The position numbers and the translations under genes are program-made. A stretch of 64,000 nucleotides of DNA from Desulfomonilia bacterium (GTDB lineage: Bacteria; Desulfobacterota; Desulfomonilia; UBA1062). Positions 37,930 through 47,161 of the stretch are shown piece by piece; the first letter of the stretch is position 1, and each line of letters opens with the position of its first letter. Below the pieces are notes generated by a model. That model was not told where the DNA came from and searched no databases. It worked only from the letters and a program-made list of their open reading frames with translations. The stretch is taken from the NCBI GenBank assembly GCA_963664325.2, contig CAXXDQ010000003.1, positions 896,001 to 960,000 of the forward strand. The letters are read 5' to 3'.

Positions 37930-38694
37930 TTAGTATTCTATCGCCTCCGGGAAGCAGTGCAGCATGTACTGAGCATGCAGGACCTTGAACCCTTCGCCGA
38001 ACTCGAAGTCCTTTCCTTCTGCAAGTTTACGGCATCTCATCTCATCGTACATCTTCAGCATCCCGAGTGTCTCTTCCGTGAACTGGCTTTTATGCTCGGC
38101 AACTGCCTTAAATTTTCGTTCACGGTATTTGCCGACATCGATGACGACGTTAGGCCTTGTTGTAAAAGAATAAGCAACGCCTTCGATGTCATAGGGCTCA
38201 AAATTTTTGTCTATGTCCGGCTCGGTCATAATGAACGGGAAGTTATAAAGCAGCAAAGCTTCGCTTGCAGCAAGTCCCGTCTTTATATGATCCATATGAG
38301 CCTCGTACATGAGCCAGGGGTCAATGGTGAAAATAAAATCCGGCCTCAATAAACGGATATGTTTGATAATCTGGTTTCTCGCCTCATACTGCGACCAGTT
38401 GCCTGCATCGGTATAATTGAGCCAGTGATAGCCTTTTATCCCGATGATATTTCCGGCGGCCATCTGCTCTTCCTTGCGCTGGTCCTGCCTGCGGACGAGA
38501 TCGTCTGCGCCCGCATCCTTGAATCCCGCAGAGTCGTCGGTTACTGTCAGGTAATCTATCTCAATTCCCAGGTCGGACAAATAAGAGAGTGTCGCGCCGG
38601 AGCTTATGTCCATGTCATCGGGGTGAGGCTGAATGCAAAGAATTTTTTTTGCCTCGCTCATCTGCGGTATTGGAAGTACGTCTTTTATATCCAT
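37930..38694 (-). CDS. PIG-L family deacetylase, diacetylchitobiose deacetylase (Dac)-like
   Basis: KKILCIQPHPDD, R--EQ, DPWLMYEAHMDH, HKSQF. Confidence 0.88.
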   Translation of the reverse strand: MDIKDVLPIPQMSEAKKILCIQPHPDDMDISSGATLSYLSDLGIEIDYLTVTDDSAGFKDAGADDLVRRQDQRKEEQMAAGNIIGIKGYHWLNYTDAGNWSQYEARNQIIKHIRLLRPDFIFTIDPWLMYEAHMDHIKTGLAASEALLLYNFPFIMTEPDIDKNFEPYDIEGVAYSFTTRPNVVIDVGKYRERKFKAVAEHKSQFTEETLGMLKMYDEMRCRKLAEGKDFEFGEGFKVLHAQYMLHCFPEAIEY

Positions 38695-38766
38695 GAAATT
38701 CTCCTGGATTTTTAATATGCCTGCTTAGCAGATAATCAACCTGAAATCTAAAATGTCAATAACCTA

Positions 38767-38800
38767 TTAAAAAACCCCCTTCCGAATCGGAAGAGGGTTT
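38767..38800 (-). terminator. Intrinsic terminator after the FGE-domain gene
   Basis: Minus strand AAACCCTCTTCCG-att-CGGAAGGGGGTTTTTT. Confidence 0.8.
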
Positions 38801-38805
38801 CAAGG

Positions 38806-41259
38806 TTATTCTCCCCAGCGCGCCGGGTTTAGTACTATATCGCAATCACAGAGTTTTGCCCCGGTCGGGTTTCTGAACGGCGAGTAGCAGTATTCCATAA
38901 GGAATGCCAGCTCATCGGTGCCTACAACCCGCGTGTCGGGTGTGGGGCTGTTGCCCGGAATGTAGGATTGAATTCCATCAGGCACCGAGGGCGCCCAGAG
39001 GTCCCAGTTGGGCCATGTTATATAATAATCCGCCGCCTTGCTGTATTCAGTGGCTATAAGTCTTGCCTCGGACGACTTCAGAGGAAGTCCGTTCGATGCC
39101 GCAACCAGGAGATGTGTTGAAAGGTCGGGCTCCCAGTCGGGACAAGGTTCGCTTGTAGGTTTGCCTTTTCCGGCCATCATGGCATCCATCCTTTCCGACA
39201 TGCCCGTGAGGAGTTTAAGGGCTACATCGTCGTCGTTGTTCATGAGTGCGTTCGACAGAGCCGCCTGGTGGAAGTATACAACGATCGCCATATTGTAGTA
39301 GTGGATCTGGCCTGCAACCATGTCGTACAGGTTTATCGTTCCTTTTCCGCAGTCGTTGCAGAGCGGGTCCTGGTATCCGAGGATGGCCGATGTCATCTTG
39401 GCGTTGCACTCCGCATTCGGGACAAGGATTTCGAAATTGACAAAACTCATAAGGTCTTTTACCAGCCAGGGTGAAGCCTCTTCAAACATAATCTGCGTAT
39501 TTCCTTCCTTGTCCTTGGCCCTGATGTAGTAGCCCGAATCGACTATGTCCTTTGCAAAGGCCTGAAGGTAGGCCACGGCCCTTGTTGCAGCGTTTCTTAT
39601 ATTTGCATCCGGGGCCTCTTTTGCCAGCCTCATCATCATAGGGACCATCCTGTAGATGTGGGGGACATCGTCCTTGCTGCGCATGTTGCGTATCCAGATA
39701 TCGCCGTAATACGGGTTGATATGGTTCGGTATGGTGTGGGCGTTCCAGTCGTATTTTTCGCCGCCCTCTTTGACCGGGTCGTAGTCCACTTTCACCTTTC
39801 TGCCGAGTACCGTGTACTCATGATTCTGTGTGAATATGCAGCGCGGCATGATGGTTCTTTCCGGGTCATTATCGCTGTATTCTTCTCCCTTGAAGAATGC
39901 CTCGATGCCCCTGCAATAGCTTTCCGCGATCTTTCCCATGAGCGGGTCGCCGCTGGCCAGGTAGCCTGCAATGACATTGTTGAGCATCTTGCCGGACCTG
40001 ATCCAGAGATTGTCTGACCCGCCGCCATGATGGAATGTGACCGTGTCGCCGTTTTTCTCTGCCGAGAAATCCTGGAGATGGGCCTTGTACCAGGGCATGC
40101 CGTATGGGTTGGACTCGTCCATGCCGTTGCTTGTCATGTACATCCATTCAAAGTAGTGGGTGTCTTTCCATAGACCGGTGATCTTCTTTGTGAAGGTCTT
40201 GATCTCGTCATCCGAAAGAGGAGCGCCCTCATCCTGTCTTGTAAAAGAGAAGGGAAGTGCCGTCGGATAATCGGGAATATTCGCCGCAAATTCATATGAC
40301 GGCGGCGTGGCAGGGTTTAATACGACATTGATTGCGATGCCGGCAAATGGATTCTTGGTTTTTACAAGGCGGAAACCTATATAACGGCACCTGTAATCAG
40401 GGGTATATCCTTCACGGTATGCCGAGCGCAGCCTTGTGGAGCCGTCAAAACGTACGCTGCCTCCGCGCACAACCTTGAAATGCCCGGTATCAGGGCCTGT
40501 GGGGTTGATTATATTGCCCGCATAGTCTCCGTAATTATCCCAGCACCATTCTTCGACGTTTCCGCTCATGTCGTAGAGCCCCCATTTATTGGCTGATTTG
40601 AGGCCGACATTGTGGGTGATGTTGGAGCTGTTGGCGCAGTACCATGCGATTTTATTGAGTACGGGGTCGCCTTCGCATCCGGGCACCGAAATTTCACCGT
40701 TATATACCGGGGAGGCTGTTCCTGCGCGTGCGGCATATTCCCATTCCGCCTCAGTCGGCAGCCGGTATCCTTCCGCCTCGTAAACGCTGGCAATGCCGTT
40801 CAGGCTGACATCAGCATTTTTAATCCCGCCATGAGTTTTGCATTCCATACAGTCTGAAACGGCAGTGCCGTCTTCACATACGGGATTGCTCAGTATATAG
40901 GCCGGTTTAAGCCCTTTCTTTACGGATTTTGCATTTGCATAAGCCAGTGCATCATACCAGCTGACATTTTCTGCCGGCTTTCCGGGGTTCGGAAGCGACT
41001 TCGGAAAATAGCTCGGGTCAAAGCCCATCAGGCTCTTGAAATCGCTCCATGTAACTTCGGTTGACGAAATCTCAAAATCCTGAGACAGCGTTACTTCATG
41101 CTGAACTTCATTTGCCCTGTGTCCGAACTCGCTTGCAGGACTGCCCATGATAAACTTGCCTGCCGGAGCTGTCTTGAAGTTGCAGCCCGCAAGGGTGATC
41201 AGAACCGTAAGAAACAACAGGACGACATGATTCCTGCTTATCAATAGTGAATGTTTCAT
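38806..41259 (-). CDS. Lipoprotein: FGE/SUMF1-like domain + ~500-aa unknown C-terminal domain
   Basis: Lipobox LAGC; FIMGS, TEVT, RLPTEAEWEYAAR, GLYDMSGNVEEW, RGGS, IGFR. Confidence 0.85.
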   Translation of the reverse strand: MKHSLLISRNHVVLLFLTVLITLAGCNFKTAPAGKFIMGSPASEFGHRANEVQHEVTLSQDFEISSTEVTWSDFKSLMGFDPSYFPKSLPNPGKPAENVSWYDALAYANAKSVKKGLKPAYILSNPVCEDGTAVSDCMECKTHGGIKNADVSLNGIASVYEAEGYRLPTEAEWEYAARAGTASPVYNGEISVPGCEGDPVLNKIAWYCANSSNITHNVGLKSANKWGLYDMSGNVEEWCWDNYGDYAGNIINPTGPDTGHFKVVRGGSVRFDGSTRLRSAYREGYTPDYRCRYIGFRLVKTKNPFAGIAINVVLNPATPPSYEFAANIPDYPTALPFSFTRQDEGAPLSDDEIKTFTKKITGLWKDTHYFEWMYMTSNGMDESNPYGMPWYKAHLQDFSAEKNGDTVTFHHGGGSDNLWIRSGKMLNNVIAGYLASGDPLMGKIAESYCRGIEAFFKGEEYSDNDPERTIMPRCIFTQNHEYTVLGRKVKVDYDPVKEGGEKYDWNAHTIPNHINPYYGDIWIRNMRSKDDVPHIYRMVPMMMRLAKEAPDANIRNAATRAVAYLQAFAKDIVDSGYYIRAKDKEGNTQIMFEEASPWLVKDLMSFVNFEILVPNAECNAKMTSAILGYQDPLCNDCGKGTINLYDMVAGQIHYYNMAIVVYFHQAALSNALMNNDDDVALKLLTGMSERMDAMMAGKGKPTSEPCPDWEPDLSTHLLVAASNGLPLKSSEARLIATEYSKAADYYITWPNWDLWAPSVPDGIQSYIPGNSPTPDTRVVGTDELAFLMEYCYSPFRNPTGAKLCDCDIVLNPARWGE

Positions 41260-41372
41260 ATCCCCATACCTCTCATTAAATTAATTGATATTGTTAAACC
41301 CTGATAACATATAATATAAATTCTAAATCGGCAAGAACAAGAGGGGTATCATTATCCGGTACGGGAGGTTTT

Positions 41373-42380
41373 ATGAGGAAAGTTCTTGTAACGGGAGCAA
41401 CCGGGTTTATCGGCAGCCATATAGTTGACGCATGCCTCAGAAATGGGGATGCGATTGCCGCATTTGTCATGCACGGTGATAAGGATGAGGCGGTACTTTC
41501 AGGCAAAGGGGTGGAAATCTGCCATGGGGACATGAGGGAATATGGGACATTGGAGAAGGCCTGCGCCGGAAGGGATGTAATCTTTCACTGTGCCGCAGTT
41601 GCCACCGACTGGGCGGGAAAAGAGATGTTCGTGGATGTGACCGTGGGCGGTATGGAAAACATCTGCAGGGCCGCGCTTAAAGCCGGTGTGAGAAGGTTCA
41701 TAGACATAAGCACCAGTGATGTGTTCGGATTCCGTGAAGATGTCATGATAGATGAAACCCTGCCGCTTTCTTTCTGGAACGAACCGTATCCTGATTCGAA
41801 AATCAGGGCCGAGGAGATTGCATGGCGCTACCACAAAGAGCATGGTCTGCCTGTGAGCATGGTTTATCCCCTGTGGGTTTACGGACCCGGTGACAGGACG
41901 TTCGTCCCTCTTCTGGCGGACGCCATCATGAAAAAGGATATGATATTCTGGCAGAGGGGTGCAATTGTGTGGCCCACCTACATTGGAAATCTCATGGATC
42001 TGCTCATGATTATATCTGAAGACAGCAGGGCTGTCGGGAACGGCTATCTCGTTCATGACGGAGAATCGACCACCCTTGAAGAGTTCTGTGCGGGAATTGC
42101 ACAAGCCCTCGGTGTTGCCGGGATAAATACTTATATACCTTATTTTGCCGCCTATGCCGCTGCCTTCGTAATGGAGGCCTTCTGGAAGCTCTTTAAAATT
42201 AGAACACGTCCCCTGCTGACGACTTATACGGTGAAAAACCTTGGTTCAAAGATGAGATTTTCAATTGACAAGGCCTCACGCGAACTCGGATGGAAGCCGA
42301 AAATAACTTATCGCCAGGGATTCGATATGACCATGGACTGGCTGAAAACCCTTGACCTGTCACAGCTTAAACAGAAGTAG
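41373..42380 (+). CDS. NAD-dependent epimerase/dehydratase (extended SDR, 3-beta-HSD-like)
   Basis: TGATGFIG, FHCAA, YPDSK, VYGPGD. Confidence 0.9.
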   Translation: MRKVLVTGATGFIGSHIVDACLRNGDAIAAFVMHGDKDEAVLSGKGVEICHGDMREYGTLEKACAGRDVIFHCAAVATDWAGKEMFVDVTVGGMENICRAALKAGVRRFIDISTSDVFGFREDVMIDETLPLSFWNEPYPDSKIRAEEIAWRYHKEHGLPVSMVYPLWVYGPGDRTFVPLLADAIMKKDMIFWQRGAIVWPTYIGNLMDLLMIISEDSRAVGNGYLVHDGESTTLEEFCAGIAQALGVAGINTYIPYFAAYAAAFVMEAFWKLFKIRTRPLLTTYTVKNLGSKMRFSIDKASRELGWKPKITYRQGFDMTMDWLKTLDLSQLKQK

Positions 42381-42445
42381 AAAATTATTTTATTTTATGA
42401 TTAAGATTTAACGGTCAATCTATTATTTTAAATTACGGAGGTAGT

Positions 42446-42958
42446 ATGAAGAAAGTTATCATGCTCTGCCTGACAATTGTTGCTCTTAATTCTTCCTCAG
42501 CCTGGGCCGATGATGAATGGGCCCATAACTGCATGTATGTAGAAACATTCGGGCAGGGAATCCTGTACTCACTGAATTATGAATACATGTTCCTTCCCAA
42601 CATGAGCGGCAGGATAGGCTTCACAGCCTGGCAGTCAACCTATTTCCTTTTTTCAAACATATCGACCACACAGTTTATTGGCGGGCCGATCATGGCCAAT
42701 TACTTTATCGGCAATGATGAACATCACCTGGAATTGGGTTTGGGTGTTTTAACTGGAAATGTAAAAACAGACAGGGATGAAACAATCTTCGGAAAAGATG
42801 TGAACGGGAATGAATGGGTTACTGTCGGAACTTTCACGACAGGATACAGGTACCAGCCTAAAAAAGGCGGTTTTCTGTTCAAAATTGCATTGACCCCTTT
42901 GTTCAACACGCACTCGTTTGAGTGGAACACCGGCATGTCTATCGGAGGCGCATTCTGA
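42446..42958 (+). CDS. Putative small outer-membrane beta-barrel protein
   Basis: Signal peptide (AWA), amphipathic strands, terminal Phe; RBS GGAGG. Confidence 0.7.
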   Translation: MKKVIMLCLTIVALNSSSAWADDEWAHNCMYVETFGQGILYSLNYEYMFLPNMSGRIGFTAWQSTYFLFSNISTTQFIGGPIMANYFIGNDEHHLELGLGVLTGNVKTDRDETIFGKDVNGNEWVTVGTFTTGYRYQPKKGGFLFKIALTPLFNTHSFEWNTGMSIGGAF

Positions 42959-43136
42959 AGTACGATGAGACCGCCTGAAAACCCGGCGGCCTGTTTCTCT
43001 CGGCGTTTGATAGCGTTTTCCGGCTGAAAAATAGCACATGAATGAAACAGGACACAGGCATATCGGAGCAACTTTCTGTATGGACAGTTTGCAATTAACG
43101 GTCTGCGGACCGGCCCTCTAAATTGAAGTCATCAAA

Positions 43137-43532
43137 TCACTTTGATAATTTCAGATAGACCGCAATTCCGAATCCAACACACCATATATTGATAAACCCG
43201 TTAAGGATCATATCCATTCTCGATACAAGATAAACTCCGTTCTGGATATTAAAGCTGAAGTCAAGCAGTCCGAGGAAAACGAGTGCACCCGAACAAGCCA
43301 GAGAGAGGGTCATTCCCGAATTGCTCCCTTTCAAGAGAAGGATTCCGCCGGCAAGCATGGCAACTGCCGTAATTATATCAGGCAAGGGGAATGAATGCTC
43401 ATATGCGAAATAGCATTGAGGAGGATTTGCAGGCGCAAGGCCTATTGTGAAAAAACCTATCCAGAAAAGAATAAAGCCGATTGCCGTGATAAGTTCAAGA
43501 TATGCTACAGTTTTGAATTTGCCTGTTTCCAT
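43137..43532 (-). CDS. Hypothetical 4-TM membrane protein
   Basis: Four hydrophobic segments, YEHSFPLPD; RBS GGAGG. Confidence 0.75.
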   Translation of the reverse strand: METGKFKTVAYLELITAIGFILFWIGFFTIGLAPANPPQCYFAYEHSFPLPDIITAVAMLAGGILLLKGSNSGMTLSLACSGALVFLGLLDFSFNIQNGVYLVSRMDMILNGFINIWCVGFGIAVYLKLSK

Positions 43533-43663
43533 TATTGCCTCCTCTGAAATGCCATGAAAAACATGAATGCCGTAACATTGATTATTAATTCTAGTTATTT
43601 GATTGGAACTGTCAATCTTTTATATATTCTGATCCTGTGAAAATAATCTGGCGGGGTGGGGAT

Positions 43664-44833
43664 ATGCCTGAAGATTCAAATGCTGTTGAACCTCTTATAA
43701 ATGATCAGTTTGCTGGTGAACCGAGCAAGAGAGCCCTTTCCTACATCCAGTCAAAGAGAGAAAAGGGCAGGCATGTGATAGGCACTTACTGCGGTTTCGC
43801 GCCGCTGGAACTCATCAGGGCCATGGGTGCGGTCCCTGCCGTCTTATGCGCCTTTTCAAACAAAATGATTGATGCCGCGGAATCGGTCTTGCCTTCAAAT
43901 CTCTGCCCGCTTATAAAATCCAGCTACGGGTTCATAATATCGGATGCATGCCCCTTTTTCGGCGTATCCGAAGCCGTTGTCGCAGAAACCACATGTGACG
44001 GAAAGAAGAAGATGTTTGAGTTGATCACCGACAGAAGGCCCATGTTTGTAATGGACCTTCCGCAGATGCCCGATAATGCCGAGGCAAGAAGAAACTGGGC
44101 CCAGGTGATAAGAAACCTGAAGTCATTCTTTGAAGCCACGTTTTCGGTTAGAATTGAAGAATCTTCAATCGAGGATGCCATAAGGGATTCGAACATGAAG
44201 AATAAGGCCCTTGAAGAAATTTTCGGCTATTCAGCGATGAAGCCGTCTTATCTGAGATGGACGGAGATATATGACCTCACCTTTCTTGCACAGCCTTCAA
44301 CATATGCGGATATGAAGACGGTCCTCGATGACTGCCTCCTTAAACTTGAAACCAGGAAAAAGAGAGGGCTTGCAATAGCAGGCGATAAATCACCTCGTGT
44401 CCTGATCACGGGCTGTCCGGTCGGAGGAGATGCCCTGAAGGTCTACCGCGCGGTGGAGGAATCCGGAGGTGTTATTGTCGCCATCGATAACTGTACCGGT
44501 TTCAAAGCTTTTATGGGTATGATTGAGGAAGGAACCGGTGATCCTGTTATGGCGCTGTCGGAGCGGTATATGGATTTGCACTGCTCATGCATGTCGCCCA
44601 ATAACAGGAGGCTGAGTAAGCTTGATGAACTGATCGAGAAATACAGGCCTGACATGGTGATTGACGTGATCCTTCATGCGTGCCATTCATACAATATCGA
44701 ATCCTTCAGGGTAAGGGAGCATATGAAAGCCAAACACGGCCTGCCTTTTCTGAAGATAGAGACTGATTATTCTGAAAGCGACGTGAAACAGATAAAAACA
44801 AGGGTACAGGCCCTTATAGAGCTTATGGAGTAA
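43664..44833 (+). CDS. Double-cubane-cluster protein / 2-hydroxyacyl-CoA dehydratase D family
   Basis: GTYC, NLCPLIKSSYG, ETTCDGKKKMFE, TGCP, DNCTG, CSCMSPN, ACHSYNIE, IETDYS. Confidence 0.85.
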   Translation: MPEDSNAVEPLINDQFAGEPSKRALSYIQSKREKGRHVIGTYCGFAPLELIRAMGAVPAVLCAFSNKMIDAAESVLPSNLCPLIKSSYGFIISDACPFFGVSEAVVAETTCDGKKKMFELITDRRPMFVMDLPQMPDNAEARRNWAQVIRNLKSFFEATFSVRIEESSIEDAIRDSNMKNKALEEIFGYSAMKPSYLRWTEIYDLTFLAQPSTYADMKTVLDDCLLKLETRKKRGLAIAGDKSPRVLITGCPVGGDALKVYRAVEESGGVIVAIDNCTGFKAFMGMIEEGTGDPVMALSERYMDLHCSCMSPNNRRLSKLDELIEKYRPDMVIDVILHACHSYNIESFRVREHMKAKHGLPFLKIETDYSESDVKQIKTRVQALIELME

Positions 44834-45996
44834 TGAAACAGGTGGAGACGGTTTATTTCGATAATGCGGCAACCTCATGGCCCAAACCGGAATCCATGAT
44901 GCAGGCCATGACGGATTTCAACGCCGGCATCGGCGGCAGCCCGGGCCGGTCCGCCCACAGGATGTCCCTTGATTCCGGCAGGATCATATTTGATGCAAGG
45001 GAAAAAATGGCCGGTCTCCTGGGCTCGGAGGACCCGTTCCAGGTTGTGTTTACAAAAAATGCAACCGAGGCCCTCAATATTGCAATATCGGGCCTGTTGA
45101 AACCCGGAGATCGCTGCATCACCTCCAGCATGGAGCACAATTCCGTCATGCGGCCGTTGAGGGCATTGGAGGCATCTGGTGTTAAGTTGGATATAGTCGG
45201 TTGTTCCTCTTCAGGCACCCTTGACCCGGCACATATAGAGCGCGCGGTAAAAGCGGATACCAGGGTAATCTATTTGACACACGCTTCAAATGTTACAGGT
45301 ACGGTCATGCCTGTTGCAGAAGTCGGGCGCATCGCAAAGGAATGCGGGATAATCTTCTGCGTCGATGCTGCACAGACGGCGGGAACAGTTCCGATTGATG
45401 TCACTGGCATGGGTATCGATATCCTTGCCTTCACCGGCCACAAATCCCTGTTCGGACCTCAGGGCACCGGCGGCCTTTACATAAGAAAGGGACTGGAAAG
45501 AGCGGTTTCACCTATCATTTTCGGGGGGACCGGAAGCCGGTCCGAATATGAACTGCAGCCGGTTTTCATGCCTGACAGGTTTGAATCGGGCACACCCAAT
45601 ACAATCGGTATTGCAGGCCTAAATGCCGGAATCAGGTTTTTAGAAAAAACAGGCATCGATGTGATCAGGGAAAAAGAAAAGCACCTTGCATCAATCTTTC
45701 TCGACGGACTCAAAAAAATAAAGGGTATAAAGGTTTATGGAACACAAAGCCACTCGGACAGGATATCGGTTGTTTCCTTCAACCTGGAAAATTTAAGCCC
45801 GTCAGAGGCCTCCCTTATCCTGGATGAAAAATATTCAATAATGAACAGGCCCGGCCTTCACTGCGCACCGCAGGCACACAGGACGATAGGGACATTTCCG
45901 GCAGGTACGTTAAGGTTCAGTTTCGGGTATTTCAATACGGAAGACGAGGTTGAATACGGTTTGAAGGCATTATATGAAATAAGCCGCAGGTCTTGA
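44833..45996 (+). CDS. Cysteine desulfurase/selenocysteine lyase family (class V PLP)
   Basis: YFDNAATSWPKP, MEHNSV, DAAQTAG, FTGHK, RPGLHCAP. Confidence 0.92.
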   Translation: MKQVETVYFDNAATSWPKPESMMQAMTDFNAGIGGSPGRSAHRMSLDSGRIIFDAREKMAGLLGSEDPFQVVFTKNATEALNIAISGLLKPGDRCITSSMEHNSVMRPLRALEASGVKLDIVGCSSSGTLDPAHIERAVKADTRVIYLTHASNVTGTVMPVAEVGRIAKECGIIFCVDAAQTAGTVPIDVTGMGIDILAFTGHKSLFGPQGTGGLYIRKGLERAVSPIIFGGTGSRSEYELQPVFMPDRFESGTPNTIGIAGLNAGIRFLEKTGIDVIREKEKHLASIFLDGLKKIKGIKVYGTQSHSDRISVVSFNLENLSPSEASLILDEKYSIMNRPGLHCAPQAHRTIGTFPAGTLRFSFGYFNTEDEVEYGLKALYEISRRS

Positions 45997-46011
45997 AGGA
46001 GGCATGAAAAC

Positions 46012-46611
46012 ATGAAAAAAAATGTCGATGCGCGTGGTTTAAGCTGCCCGCAGCCTGTTGTTATGGCAAAGAAGGCACTTGAAGAGGGTGAAAATATTGT
46101 CGTCATTGTAGATAACAAGGCGGCAATGGAGAACGTGAGAAGACTCGGGGCCAAGCTCGGCTGTTCAATAGAAATAGAAAGCACCGGCGAAAATGAATTC
46201 CGCATACATTTGACCCGGGGCAATATCGACCCGGCAGCCATAACAAATGATTCTGTTACATGCAGTACATCTCCGGGTGACCTGATTGCTGTTATCTCTT
46301 CGGAAACAATGGGAAGGGGAAATGACGAACTCGGGAAGGTCCTTATGAAGGCCTTTATCCATACCCTTGTTCAGGCGGATGAGCTTCCGGCAAAGATTCT
46401 CTTTTACAATACAGGCGTCAAACTGGCTGCTGCCGGTTCCGAGGTTTTGGATGACCTTAAGAACCTGACCGATGCCGGAGTAGAGGTTCTTTTGTGCGGC
46501 ACATGCGTCAATTTCTTCAACCTGTCAGGAAATACCGGTGCGGGAAAGATCACGAACATGTTCGAGATTATGTCCGTCATGTCAACAGCAGGCAGGCTGA
46601 TTATGCCATGA
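46012..46611 (+). CDS. yedF: Sulfurtransferase-like selenium metabolism protein YedF (TusA + DsrE domains)
   Basis: DARGLSCPQPV, MGRGNDELG, FYNTGV, CGTC, ITNM. Confidence 0.9.
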   Translation: MKKNVDARGLSCPQPVVMAKKALEEGENIVVIVDNKAAMENVRRLGAKLGCSIEIESTGENEFRIHLTRGNIDPAAITNDSVTCSTSPGDLIAVISSETMGRGNDELGKVLMKAFIHTLVQADELPAKILFYNTGVKLAAAGSEVLDDLKNLTDAGVEVLLCGTCVNFFNLSGNTGAGKITNMFEIMSVMSTAGRLIMP

Positions 46612-46835
46612 GCGAGGCAAAGGAATTCGTCGCCCTGCTGTTCAATTCGGTCAGCCATGCCATGATGGCTGAAAAGATCCTGAAAAAAGAGGGCATTCCC
46701 CACAAGCTCATTCCGGTTCCCAGGCATATAAGCTCGGACTGTGGTGTCTGCCTGAAGATTGAATCGAAGGATGAGGAAAATATCAGGGTGTTTCTGAATT
46801 CAAAAGTCGATATATCGGGCAGGAGCATTCTCTAA
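46608..46835 (+). CDS. DUF3343 family protein
   Basis: F-SVSHAM-AEK-LK, IPVPRHISSDCG; ATGA overlap with yedF. Confidence 0.85.
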   Translation: MSEAKEFVALLFNSVSHAMMAEKILKKEGIPHKLIPVPRHISSDCGVCLKIESKDEENIRVFLNSKVDISGRSIL

Positions 46836-47161
46836 CAACAAAGATGCGCTCATACTGCGATTGTGAGAACATGATACTGGATGAATTCGACCTGTAATAA
46901 ATCTGAATTTTCCAGAGATTTAAATCCTTCTGAAAGGCCAATTTGTTAAAACTTCAGACCGATTATCACTGGAGATCAAACAGGGGTTCAAAGCCGATTC
47001 CATATTCCAGGTGTTGTCATGGCATGAGAAAACATACCGTTCGTTCGGCGTATTGTACTTGACATATTACAATTCAAAGTTAATGTTTATATCATTACCT
47101 GGTGTTGAATACTAAATATTCAACAAGAAATCTGGGTATTTATATTAATGAGGGGGCTACA

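Noticed and set aside
40370-40480. FGE/C-type-lectin domain end as the variable region of a diversity-generating retroelement
   Set aside because: No reverse transcriptase, Avd or adenine-variant template repeat seen in the window, and the domain is internal to the ORF
43664-46835. Selenocysteine (UGA) recoding in the Se-associated cluster
   Set aside because: All four ORFs appear full length with Cys at motif positions; the TGA codons are at natural C-termini
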